Source: Myxococcales bacterium (GTDB lineage Bacteria; Myxococcota_A; Polyangia; Haliangiales; Haliangiaceae). Taken from it: a stretch of DNA of 32,741 bases. Positions 1 through 10,798 of this stretch are shown one piece after another. The stretch covers positions 1 through 32,741 of the forward strand of contig JAHDXB010000078.1 in assembly GCA_023382815.1 (NCBI GenBank), read 5' to 3'. The position numbers and the translations under genes are program-made. Within the stretch, counting starts at the first letter, position 1. Every line of letters starts with the position of its first letter. Below the pieces are notes generated by a model. That model had not been told where the DNA came from. It worked only from the letters and a program-made list of their open reading frames with translations, and made no database searches.

Positions 1-225
1 CGGCCTTCGACACGCCCTCGCTGGCGCTCGGGCGGCTCAGGCCGAGCGGAGAGATGGGCTCGCCGTTCGGTCGCGCGGGGCCGCGGCGTGTCGGCGCGGG
101 GCCGCGGCGTGTCGGCCTTCGACACGCCCTCGCTGGCGCTCGGGCGGCTCAGGCCGAGCGGAGAGATGGGCTCGCCGTTCGGTCGCGCGGGGCCGCGGCG
201 TGTCGGCGCGGGGCCGCGGCGTGTC
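1..225. repeat. Tandem direct repeat of a 112-bp unit in two copies (1-112 and 113-224/225). Each unit holds a nested 21-bp direct repeat (cgcggggccgcggcgtgtcgg, twice).
   Basis: Read directly: the unit starting cggccttcgacacgccctcgctggcgctcgggcggctcaggccgagcggagagatgggctcgccgttcggtcgcg recurs head-to-tail at 113. ORFs across it are in conflicting frames with non-protein-like composition. Confidence 0.85.
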
Positions 226-380
226 GGAGGCCGCCCGCCGCAGCTGCTGGCCGTTCGGTTTCCCGCGAGCTCCGACCGCGGTCGGTGAAGGGCTCAGGGT
301 GAGCGGATCGATCCGAGCCCGACTCCGATCCGAACCCGAGCCCGGATCCGGGCCCGAACCGGTACGCTCGCCGACGCGCC

Positions 381-1409
381 GTGACCCGCCCCACCTCGAC
401 CCTCACCACCGCCACGCTCGCCACCCTCGCCGCGGCCGCCATCCTCGCCGCCGCGCTCGTCCTCGCCGGCGGCTGCCAGCGCGAGCGGGCGGCGCCGCGC
501 GTGCCGTGGCCGGGCGAGGCGCCGGCCTGCGCGCCCCCGACCGCCAGCGGCGCGGCGTGGCGCCACGATCGCAGCGCCGTCGTCGCTCGCATGGGCGAGC
601 CGCGCCACGTCGCCAGCGACGTCGTCGTGCCAGCGCGGACCCGGCCCGAGCTCGTCGCCAAGTTCGCCTACGGCAAGGTCTCGAAGGACCTCGAGGGCGA
701 GGACGTCGACGTCTACCTGGCGGGCGCCGACTGCGCGGTCCGCCGCCTCGGCCGCACCGGCACCGACGACGACGGCCGCGCCGGCTACCAGGCGCCGGCG
801 CTGCCACCCGGGCACCACCGCTACTGGATGCGGGTCGCTGGCGACGGCAGCGCCGCCGAGGGTGGCGTCTGGGTGCTACCCGGCGCCACGCCGGCGGTGG
901 TGTTCGACGTCGACGGCACGCTCACGATCGACGACGGCGAGCTGCTCGACGACCTGCTCGGGCGCGGCGCCGAGGCCTTCGCCGGCGCCGCCGCGGTGGC
1001 CCGGGCCTGGGCCGACAAGGGCTACCTCGTCGTCTACGTCACCGGCCGCCCGTACCCGCTGCGCGAGCGCACCCGGCGCTGGCTGGTGACCGGCGGCTTC
1101 CCGTTCGGGCCGCTGTTCACCCCCGATCGCCTGCGCGACGGCCGACCGAGCCGCGACGGCGTCGGCGCGTTCAAGCGCGAGGCCCTGACCGCGCTCCAGG
1201 CCGCCGGGCTGCGCGTCGTCCGCGCCTACGGCAACGCCGCCACCGACGTCTGCGCCTACGCCGAGGCCGGCATCCCGCCGGCCTCCACCTTCATCCTCGG
1301 TACGCCCACGCCCTGCGACGCCCACCCGCTGCCGCATGCGCTGCCGGGCTACGTCGACCACCTCGCCGACGTCGAGGCCCAGCCCGCCGCGGCGACGCTC
1401 GCGCCCTGA
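381..1409 (+). CDS. Lipoprotein with a HAD-superfamily phosphatase domain that looks lipin/LNS2-like (motifs DVDGTLT, VYVTGRP, YGNAATDVCAY). The start is a GTG.
   Basis: N-terminal signal peptide with lipobox LAGGC. HAD motif I DxDGT, motif II (S/T in VTGRP) and a GNxxTD motif resembling LNS2 GNRxTD. GC3-rich codons. Confidence 0.6.
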   Translation: MTRPTSTLTTATLATLAAAAILAAALVLAGGCQRERAAPRVPWPGEAPACAPPTASGAAWRHDRSAVVARMGEPRHVASDVVVPARTRPELVAKFAYGKVSKDLEGEDVDVYLAGADCAVRRLGRTGTDDDGRAGYQAPALPPGHHRYWMRVAGDGSAAEGGVWVLPGATPAVVFDVDGTLTIDDGELLDDLLGRGAEAFAGAAAVARAWADKGYLVVYVTGRPYPLRERTRRWLVTGGFPFGPLFTPDRLRDGRPSRDGVGAFKREALTALQAAGLRVVRAYGNAATDVCAYAEAGIPPASTFILGTPTPCDAHPLPHALPGYVDHLADVEAQPAAATLAP

Positions 1410-1460
1410 CCGGCCTGACCGCCCTGACCGCCCTGACCGGCGTGACCGGCGTGACCGGCC
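1405..1460. repeat. Short tandem repeat with 9-bp period (CTGACCGSC/GTGACCGGC, about 6 units). It begins at the TGA stop of the upstream CDS.
   Basis: Read directly: ctgaccggc ctgaccgcc ctgaccgcc ctgaccggc gtgaccggc gtgaccggc. Confidence 0.8.
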
Positions 1461-1487
1461 CGTCGGGCCCGACCGCGCCGGCGCCCG

Positions 1488-2807
1488 TCACAGGTTGCTG
1501 TTGCCCTCGACGAACAGGTCCTCGAAGAGCTGGTCCTCGTGGCGGCCGCGGTAGCGCAGGACGTAGAGGCCGTTGCGCGAGTCGACGACGTGGATGAGGC
1601 CGCCCTGGATCACCGGGTAGCTCCACATCAGCACCGGGTGGCCGCCCAGGGTCGGGTCCTCGTGCTCGACCACCGGCACCGGCTCGGGCCGCAGCTCGGC
1701 CAGCCCCACCGGCGCTCGCGGATCCTCGACGTCGATCACCTGGAGGCCGCCCGAGTACCAGGTGACGAAGGCCAGGTCGCGGGTGGTGGTGATGTTGTGG
1801 GCGGTGAAGGCGACGCGGTCGTGGTCGCCGCCGGCGCAGAAGGCCGGATCGTTCTCGGGCAGCCGGAACTCGCCGAGCAGCACCGGCGCCGCGGGATCGG
1901 AGGCGTCGACGGTGCGGACGTGCCCCCACGGGCAGCCGGTGCCGAGCGGGTTGGGGTAGACCTCCTCGCTCAGCACCAGCACGTTGCGGCCGCGGAGCTG
2001 CACCGCCGAGTGCGGGCCGGCGAACTCGGCGGGCGGCCAGGTCACCGCCGCGTCGGGCGGCGTGAGCAGCCGGACCGCCGGCAGCGCCGAGACGTCGGCG
2101 AGCAGGAGGCCGGCGCGGAGGTGCGAGAGGTATGCGATCTTGCCGTCGGCCGACACCCCCACCGAGTGCAGGATGTAGTCGCCGGACAGCCGGCGCACGC
2201 CCTCCTGGGTCGGATCCCACGTCGTGCGCACCGGCGCCCGTGGATCGGTGAGGTCGATGACCTCGAACGCCGGCGGCCCCGGCGGCGCCGACACGAACAG
2301 CAGCACCCGCGCGCCGTCGCGCCACAGGTAGAACTCGTGCGGGCTGCGCGGCCGGCGGAAGTCGCCGGTCACCGGGATGGTCGCGACCAGGCGCGGCGCC
2401 CGCCGGTCGGCGATGTCGTAGAGCTTGAAGTTCTCGACCTCGCCGCCGGTCGGCGCGCAGCCGTGCTGCTCCTCGCCGCAGACCATGTTGAGCACGATCA
2501 GGAGGTCGAGGTCGGGCACCGCGCGCAGCTCGCGCGACGACATCGCCGGCAGCCCCTCGTCGGGCGGGCCGAGCTCGCCGACCACCGTCGGCCGCGCCGG
2601 ATCGGCGAGGTCGACGATGAGCACGCCCTTCTTGTCGTTGCGTGAGCCGACGTAGGCGGTGTCGCCGGCGACCGCCAGCGCCGCGTACATGCCGCGCGCC
2701 CCCAGGTCGGTGTGGCCGACGATGTCGAGGCGGTGGACCTGGGGCAGGTTGTCGCCGCACGCGGCGACGAGCGCCAGGGGCGCGAGGAGGGGCGCGAGCC
2801 GCCGCAT
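1488..2807 (-). CDS. LVIVD-repeat beta-propeller lipoprotein.
   Basis: Signal peptide plus lipobox LVAAC. Repeated [21 protein letters not shown] and [10 protein letters not shown] motifs typical of the LVIVD repeat (PF08309). Confidence 0.7.
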   Translation of the reverse strand: MRRLAPLLAPLALVAACGDNLPQVHRLDIVGHTDLGARGMYAALAVAGDTAYVGSRNDKKGVLIVDLADPARPTVVGELGPPDEGLPAMSSRELRAVPDLDLLIVLNMVCGEEQHGCAPTGGEVENFKLYDIADRRAPRLVATIPVTGDFRRPRSPHEFYLWRDGARVLLFVSAPPGPPAFEVIDLTDPRAPVRTTWDPTQEGVRRLSGDYILHSVGVSADGKIAYLSHLRAGLLLADVSALPAVRLLTPPDAAVTWPPAEFAGPHSAVQLRGRNVLVLSEEVYPNPLGTGCPWGHVRTVDASDPAAPVLLGEFRLPENDPAFCAGGDHDRVAFTAHNITTTRDLAFVTWYSGGLQVIDVEDPRAPVGLAELRPEPVPVVEHEDPTLGGHPVLMWSYPVIQGGLIHVVDSRNGLYVLRYRGRHEDQLFEDLFVEGNSNL

Positions 2808-2891
2808 GCCCCTGATGATAGGCCACCGGTCGCCTCCGGAGGGTCCGGCTGGTATGCCGGCCCCACCCGTGGCAAGGTGCGCGCCCCCATC

Positions 2892-4295
<1,404 letters not shown>

Positions 4296-4313
4296 CCGCG
4301 CGCCGGCGGCGGC

Positions 4314-7013
4314 TCACAGCTCGACGCGCACGCCGAGCACGGCGGTCAGCGGCGCCTGGAAGCGGCTGGGCGCGCCGCGGCGACGGTTGACCCGGGCCGG
4401 CTCCGACTCGAAGACGTTGTCCTTGGCGAAGATCAGATCGCCGGCGTCGCCGCCGTCGATGGGCAGGAGCGCGTCGATGACGTGGACCTCGTCGACGGCG
4501 ACGGTGCCGCGGCGGTCGAACACGTTGAGCACGTCGAGGCCGACCGTGAGGCGACCGCGGCGCGCCGCCAGGCGGGCGCTGGTCTGGGCCACCGTCGGCA
4601 GGCGCCCGGCGGCGCCGCGAGGCAGGAGGAAGCTCTGGCCGGCGATCGTGCGCACGCTGCGCGGCCGGCCCGAGGTGGCGGCGGCGCGCAGCCCGAGCTC
4701 GAGGTCGAACCCGGCCTTGCGGCCGCGGCCGGTGACCTCGGCGAAGAAGCGGTGGGGCTGGTCGTTGGGCAGGGGCCCGGTGGCGTTGATCGCGCCGTCG
4801 TCGAGCGCCGACGACAGGTAGAGGCCGAAGCCGTCGACCGGATCGTGGGGGCCGGCCCAGTTGCCGCGCAGCCGCGACCAGGCGTAGCCGGCGCGCACGG
4901 TGACGGCGGCGGCGGGCGAGGTCTCGCCGGTCACGCCGACCTCGATCAGCTCGCGGGTGGCGGCGGCCTGGCCGGGCTCGGCGCCGACCACGGTCAGCAC
5001 GCCGCCGACGGTCTCGAGCCCGCGGCCGAGGTGGCGGTGGCGCGCCACCACGCCCAGCCGCGCCACGTCGGCGGCGCCGACCTCGACGCCGGCCAGCGCC
5101 TCGTCGACGCGCACGCCGCGCAGGTCGGGCGCGATCGGCACGTCGCCGCTGGCGGCGAGGGCGTGGGTCATGGTCGGGCCGAAGGTCGCCTGCTGGTAGA
5201 CGGTGGGCCCCGCGAACACGCGCTCGCCGGCGCCGGCGGGCAGCACCGCGGCGTAGCGGCCCCAGCCGACGAAGGCGCGCGAGCGGCCGCCGCCGAGGAA
5301 GTCCCAGGCCGCGCCCAGCCGCGGCAGCAGATCGCGGACCCGCACCGACTCGCCGATCTGGCTGGCCTCGGCGCGCGCCCCGTACTCGACGGCGATCGCG
5401 GCGCCCGGTCGCCAGGTGTCGGCGAGCCAGGCCGCGACGTGGCGGGTGCGGATCGTGCGCTCGTGCTCGTCGAGCCAGTCGCACGCCACGTCGCCGCAGG
5501 CGTCGTCGAGGCCGGGTCCGGAGCCGACCCGCACCAGGCGGTAGTCGACGTAGGCCTCGGGGCCGAGCTGGCGGCGGAGGTAGCCGCCGCTGTAGCGGGT
5601 GCGGAGGACGACCCGGGCGTCCTCGCCGCTCACCCCGGCGGTGATGGTGTGGTCGCCGATGGCGCGCTCGAGCTCGGCCACCACGCCCGGCCGGTCCTGG
5701 ATCACGTCGCCGAGCTGGCCGACGCCGCCGACGTGGTAGTAGCCGGTGGGGAACGGGCAGTTGACGAAGCCGGGGTACGGATCGTCGGCGACCTGATCGG
5801 TGCAGCCGGCGCGGACGGCGCGATCGGCGCCGGTCGTCGTGGCCTCGGCCGGCGGGATGTAGGCGAGGCCGAGATCGGGGGCGAGGCCGCCGGCGGTGCG
5901 CGGCGACTCGACGCGGCCGGCGCGCAGCCAGCTCGCGACGACGCGGGCGCGGGTGCGCGGCCAGGTGCCGCGCCAGGTCGCCGACAGCGAGGCGTCGAGG
6001 TCGCGACGATCGACGCCGGCGGCGTCCTCCTCGGCGGTGACCCGCCACCGGGTGTCGCCGGCGGCGGTGACCAGCGCGGTGGCGGCCAGATCGTGGTGGG
6101 CGGCGCGCGCGCCCAGCCGCAGCATCGCCGGCACCGACCACGCCAGCGCGTCGCGGTGGGCGGTGCCGAGCGGGTCGTGGACCAGGAGGCCGTCGGGCCG
6201 CCGGTCGGGGCGCAGGTCGCCGTCGGCGTCGGCGCGACGCCAGGCGTGGCGGACCAGCGAGGCGTCCGCCAGCCGCGGCGCGACGCCGGCCGCGTACCAC
6301 AGGCGCGCGCCGCCGGCGCGGCGCAGCGGCCCGTCGCCGACGAGCGCCAGGTCGAGCGCGCGCTGATCGGCGAGGCGGCCCTGGAACGAGCGGTACTCGC
6401 CACGCACCGGCGCGGTGAGCCGCGGCGGCGCGCCGGCGCCGAGCCAGGCGCTGGCGGTGGCGCGATGGTCGTCGCCGCCCTCGCGCAGGCGGGCCTCGAT
6501 CACGGCGCCGACCGCGGCCCGGTCGCGGGCCGAGAAGCCGCCGGTGGTCACCGTCACCTCGTCGACGAACGCCAGCGGCACCCGCAGGCCGAGGTTGCCC
6601 AGCCGCGGCGAATCGACGGCGGCGCCGTCCACCAGCCAGCGGTTGTCGGCCGAGGTCGCGCCGGCGTAGTAGAGGCCGCCGTCGTCGCGGCCGGCGCCCA
6701 CCACCAGGCCGGCGGCGGCGTCGAGGTCGGCCGCGGCCAGGGGCAGGCGCAGGAGGTACGTGGCGCGGAGCCGGGTGCGCCACGCCGCCGGTGGCCGCGC
6801 GTCGTCGACCGGGCACGGCAGGTCGCGGGCGTCGGCGCAGGTCGCCGGCGCGTCGGCCGGCGCGTCGAGGCCGAACAGGTCGCGGGCGTCGTCGGCGGCG
6901 GCCGGGTGGTGGGCGGCGGCCGCGCACAAGGCGACCGCCGCGGCTGGCGCGACGAACGCGATCCGGCGAGCATCGCAGCCGGATGGCCACCCGGGACTCA
7001 TGGCGGCAAGCAT
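4314..7013 (-). CDS. TonB-dependent-receptor-like outer membrane protein (plug-domain signature). The start is ambiguous: M at 7013 or 7001.
   Basis: N-terminal signal-like hydrophobic stretch. Plug-like segment NRWLVDGAAVDSP...VDEVTVTTGGFSARDRAAVGAVIEARLR. C-terminal beta-barrel-like segment with NVFD. The C-terminus lacks the canonical terminal aromatic, so the family assignment is tentative. Confidence 0.5.
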   Translation of the reverse strand: MLAAMSPGWPSGCDARRIAFVAPAAAVALCAAAAHHPAAADDARDLFGLDAPADAPATCADARDLPCPVDDARPPAAWRTRLRATYLLRLPLAAADLDAAAGLVVGAGRDDGGLYYAGATSADNRWLVDGAAVDSPRLGNLGLRVPLAFVDEVTVTTGGFSARDRAAVGAVIEARLREGGDDHRATASAWLGAGAPPRLTAPVRGEYRSFQGRLADQRALDLALVGDGPLRRAGGARLWYAAGVAPRLADASLVRHAWRRADADGDLRPDRRPDGLLVHDPLGTAHRDALAWSVPAMLRLGARAAHHDLAATALVTAAGDTRWRVTAEEDAAGVDRRDLDASLSATWRGTWPRTRARVVASWLRAGRVESPRTAGGLAPDLGLAYIPPAEATTTGADRAVRAGCTDQVADDPYPGFVNCPFPTGYYHVGGVGQLGDVIQDRPGVVAELERAIGDHTITAGVSGEDARVVLRTRYSGGYLRRQLGPEAYVDYRLVRVGSGPGLDDACGDVACDWLDEHERTIRTRHVAAWLADTWRPGAAIAVEYGARAEASQIGESVRVRDLLPRLGAAWDFLGGGRSRAFVGWGRYAAVLPAGAGERVFAGPTVYQQATFGPTMTHALAASGDVPIAPDLRGVRVDEALAGVEVGAADVARLGVVARHRHLGRGLETVGGVLTVVGAEPGQAAATRELIEVGVTGETSPAAAVTVRAGYAWSRLRGNWAGPHDPVDGFGLYLSSALDDGAINATGPLPNDQPHRFFAEVTGRGRKAGFDLELGLRAAATSGRPRSVRTIAGQSFLLPRGAAGRLPTVAQTSARLAARRGRLTVGLDVLNVFDRRGTVAVDEVHVIDALLPIDGGDAGDLIFAKDNVFESEPARVNRRRGAPSRFQAPLTAVLGVRVEL

Positions 7014-7030
7014 CGCACGGACCGCTCACG

Positions 7031-7711
7031 ATGCTGGCCGACGGCCTGTGGATCGTCGACGCCAGCCTCGACCTCCTGCCCATCGGCCGCCGCATGACGG
7101 TGCTGCGCCTGGGTGACGGCAGCCTGGCGGTGCACAGCGTCGTGTGCTGCGACGACGCGACCCAGGCCGCGATCGAGGCGCTGGGGCCGGTAGGCTGGAT
7201 CGTCGTGCCCAGCCGCAACCACACGATGGACGCCCCGCGCTGGAAGGCGCGCTACCCCGCGGCGCGGGTGGTGACGACGGCGGCGTCGCAGGCGGCGGTG
7301 GCGCGCCGGGTCGCGGTCGACGGCGACCTCGCGCTCCTGCCCGGCGGCGAGGCCGTGACCTGGCAGGTGCTCGACGGCGTCCCCGAGGAGGCGGTCCTCC
7401 TCCACCGCGACGGCGACGGCGCCGTGACCGCGGTCTTCAACGACGCGTTCATGAACCTCCCCGATCGACTCCCGGGCTGGAAGGGCAGGGTGGTCGCGCT
7501 CATCGGCTCGACCGGCGGGCCCAAGGTCACGCGCACCGCCCGCTGGTTCCTCGTGAAGGATCGCGCCGCCTACGCCGCGCACCTGCGCCGGCTCGCGGCC
7601 TGGCCCGGCCTGGCCCGGGTCGTGCCGGGCCACGGCGCGGTGGTCATCGACGACGCGCCGGCCGCCCTGCGGCGCGCCGCCGACGGCCTGCACCCGGCCG
7701 GGGCGGCGTAA
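7031..7711 (+). CDS. Hypothetical protein, possibly DUF4336-like, starting MLADGLWIVD.
   Basis: GC3-biased ORF in a clean frame, divergent from the TonB-like gene with only 18-30 bp between starts. Weak resemblance to DUF4336 proteins (LW.VD...L.LG.RMTV.RL.DGSL.VHSP). No catalytic motif identified. Confidence 0.45.
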   Translation: MLADGLWIVDASLDLLPIGRRMTVLRLGDGSLAVHSVVCCDDATQAAIEALGPVGWIVVPSRNHTMDAPRWKARYPAARVVTTAASQAAVARRVAVDGDLALLPGGEAVTWQVLDGVPEEAVLLHRDGDGAVTAVFNDAFMNLPDRLPGWKGRVVALIGSTGGPKVTRTARWFLVKDRAAYAAHLRRLAAWPGLARVVPGHGAVVIDDAPAALRRAADGLHPAGAA

Positions 7712-7741
7712 CCGCCCCGTCGCCGGCGCCGTCGAAGCCGG

Positions 7742-9283
<1,542 letters not shown>

Positions 9284-9345
9284 TCCCGGGCCGCCCGGGC
9301 GCCGCGGCGGCCAGTCGGTTGCCGGCGGCCACGGCCTCACCTACG

Positions 9346-9921
9346 ATGCAGGCGATGCGAACCCGGGGACTCGTCGGCGGCACCATGGTCATGATCGGGG
9401 CCGCGCTCGCGGGGCTCGCCTGTGGCGGGACGGAGGTCGACCGGGTCGCCAACGCCTGCGAGGACTACTGCGTGCTGGTGATGCGCAACTGCCAGGGCGC
9501 GGTCGCGCAGTTCTCCGACGTCTCGACCTGCCGGGCGACGTGCGAGACCCTGGAGCTGGGCGCGCCCGACGATCGCGGCGGCCAGACCATCGCCTGCCGG
9601 ACGTACTGGGCGGCGATCGCCGAGGGCGACCCCACCGCCTGCACCCGCGCCGGCCCCGGCGGCGACGGCACCTGCGGCACCAACTGCGAGAGCTTCTGCG
9701 CCATCACCGACGCCCTGTGCAGCGACCAGTCGGTGCCGCCCTACGCCTCGGTCGCCGCCTGCCTGGCGGCCTGCCCCGGCCTCGACGCCACCGAGACCTA
9801 CGACGCCAGCGACATCGCCGGCAACACGCTGGCCTGTCGCATCTACCACCTGACCGCGGCCTCGACCGATCCCGACACCCACTGCAGCCACACCGCGGTC
9901 AACAGCGTGACCTGCCTGTGA
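9346..9921 (+). CDS. Small Cys-rich lipoprotein built from two internally duplicated units of about 75 aa with multiple Cys.
   Basis: Signal peptide plus lipobox LAGLAC. Repeat 1 is CEDYCVLVMRNC...TCRATCE...IACRTYW...PTAC. Repeat 2 is CESFCAITDALC...AACLAACP...LACRIYH...THC. The start could be 9346, 9355 or 9382. Confidence 0.6.
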   Translation: MQAMRTRGLVGGTMVMIGAALAGLACGGTEVDRVANACEDYCVLVMRNCQGAVAQFSDVSTCRATCETLELGAPDDRGGQTIACRTYWAAIAEGDPTACTRAGPGGDGTCGTNCESFCAITDALCSDQSVPPYASVAACLAACPGLDATETYDASDIAGNTLACRIYHLTAASTDPDTHCSHTAVNSVTCL

Positions 9922-10010
9922 CCCGCGGCCACGCGCGCGGGTGCGGCGCGCCGCCGCGACCGGCGCCGGCGACACCGGCGCGACCGGTCGTCATGGCGTA
10001 GGCTTGGGGC

Positions 10011-10793
10011 ATGGCCGTCCACCGCACGCCGATGCCGCTGTCGACCCGGGCCCGCTGGGTGCTGGTGGCCAGCGCCGCGGTCACGCTCGGGCTCTACCTG
10101 GTGCCCCACGGTCACTACCTGGCCTACCCGCTCATCCTGATCTCGACCCTGGTGCACGAGCTCGGCCACGGCGTCGCCGCCATGCTGGTCGGCAGCGAGT
10201 TCATCGAGTTCAAGATGTGGCAGGACGGCTCGGGGGTCGCGGTCCACACCGTGCCGGGCTCGGCGGCGGCCAAGGCCTTCATCTCGGCGGGCGGCCTGTG
10301 CGGACCGGCGGTGGCGGCCGCCGGCATGATGGCGGCGGCGCAGGACGGGCGCTGGGCCCGCTACGCGCTGGGCGCCTTCGGCGCGGTCCTGGCCCTGGCG
10401 CTGGTGCTGGTGGTGCGCAACGGCTTCGGCGCCGCGTTCACCGGCGTGCTCGCCGCCGGCGCGCTCGTGATCGCGATCCGCGGCGGCGCGCACCTGGCCC
10501 AGGCCGCCCTCCTGTTCCTGGCGGTGCAGCTCGCGCTGTCGGTGTACTCGCGCGGCGACTACCTGTTCATGCAGTGGGCCGAGACCACGCAGGGCCGCAT
10601 GCCGTCGGACACCCAGCAGATGGCCGAGGCCATGGGCGGGGCCTACTGGTTCTGGGGCGCGATGTGCGGCGCCTTCTCGATCGCGATGCTGGCCGTGGGC
10701 GCGCTGGTGTTCTGGCGCGGGACCCGGGTGGCGACGCCGGCGCGCCCGGCGGCGCCGGCGCCGGTCCGGCGCGCCGGCGCGGGTCCCCGCTGA
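10011..10793 (+). CDS. Integral membrane M50-like (site-2-protease-like) zinc metallopeptidase.
   Basis: HELGH zinc-binding motif inside a predicted TM helix (LISTLVHELGHGVAAMLVG). Multiple hydrophobic TM segments. Architecture matches the Peptidase_M50B-like family. Confidence 0.65.
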   Translation: MAVHRTPMPLSTRARWVLVASAAVTLGLYLVPHGHYLAYPLILISTLVHELGHGVAAMLVGSEFIEFKMWQDGSGVAVHTVPGSAAAKAFISAGGLCGPAVAAAGMMAAAQDGRWARYALGAFGAVLALALVLVVRNGFGAAFTGVLAAGALVIAIRGGAHLAQAALLFLAVQLALSVYSRGDYLFMQWAETTQGRMPSDTQQMAEAMGGAYWFWGAMCGAFSIAMLAVGALVFWRGTRVATPARPAAPAPVRRAGAGPR

Positions 10794-10798
10794 CCTGA

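Noticed and set aside
1-225. Possibility that the 112-bp tandem repeat is a CRISPR array.
   Set aside because: Only two copies, directly abutting with no spacer between them, and the unit is far longer than CRISPR repeats. No cas genes in the window.
54-661. Several short ORFs (54-302, 88-288, 149-661 and others) in the first 700 bp.
   Set aside because: They lie inside the 112-bp tandem duplication, mutually overlap in different frames and have non-protein-like composition, so they are treated as repeat sequence.
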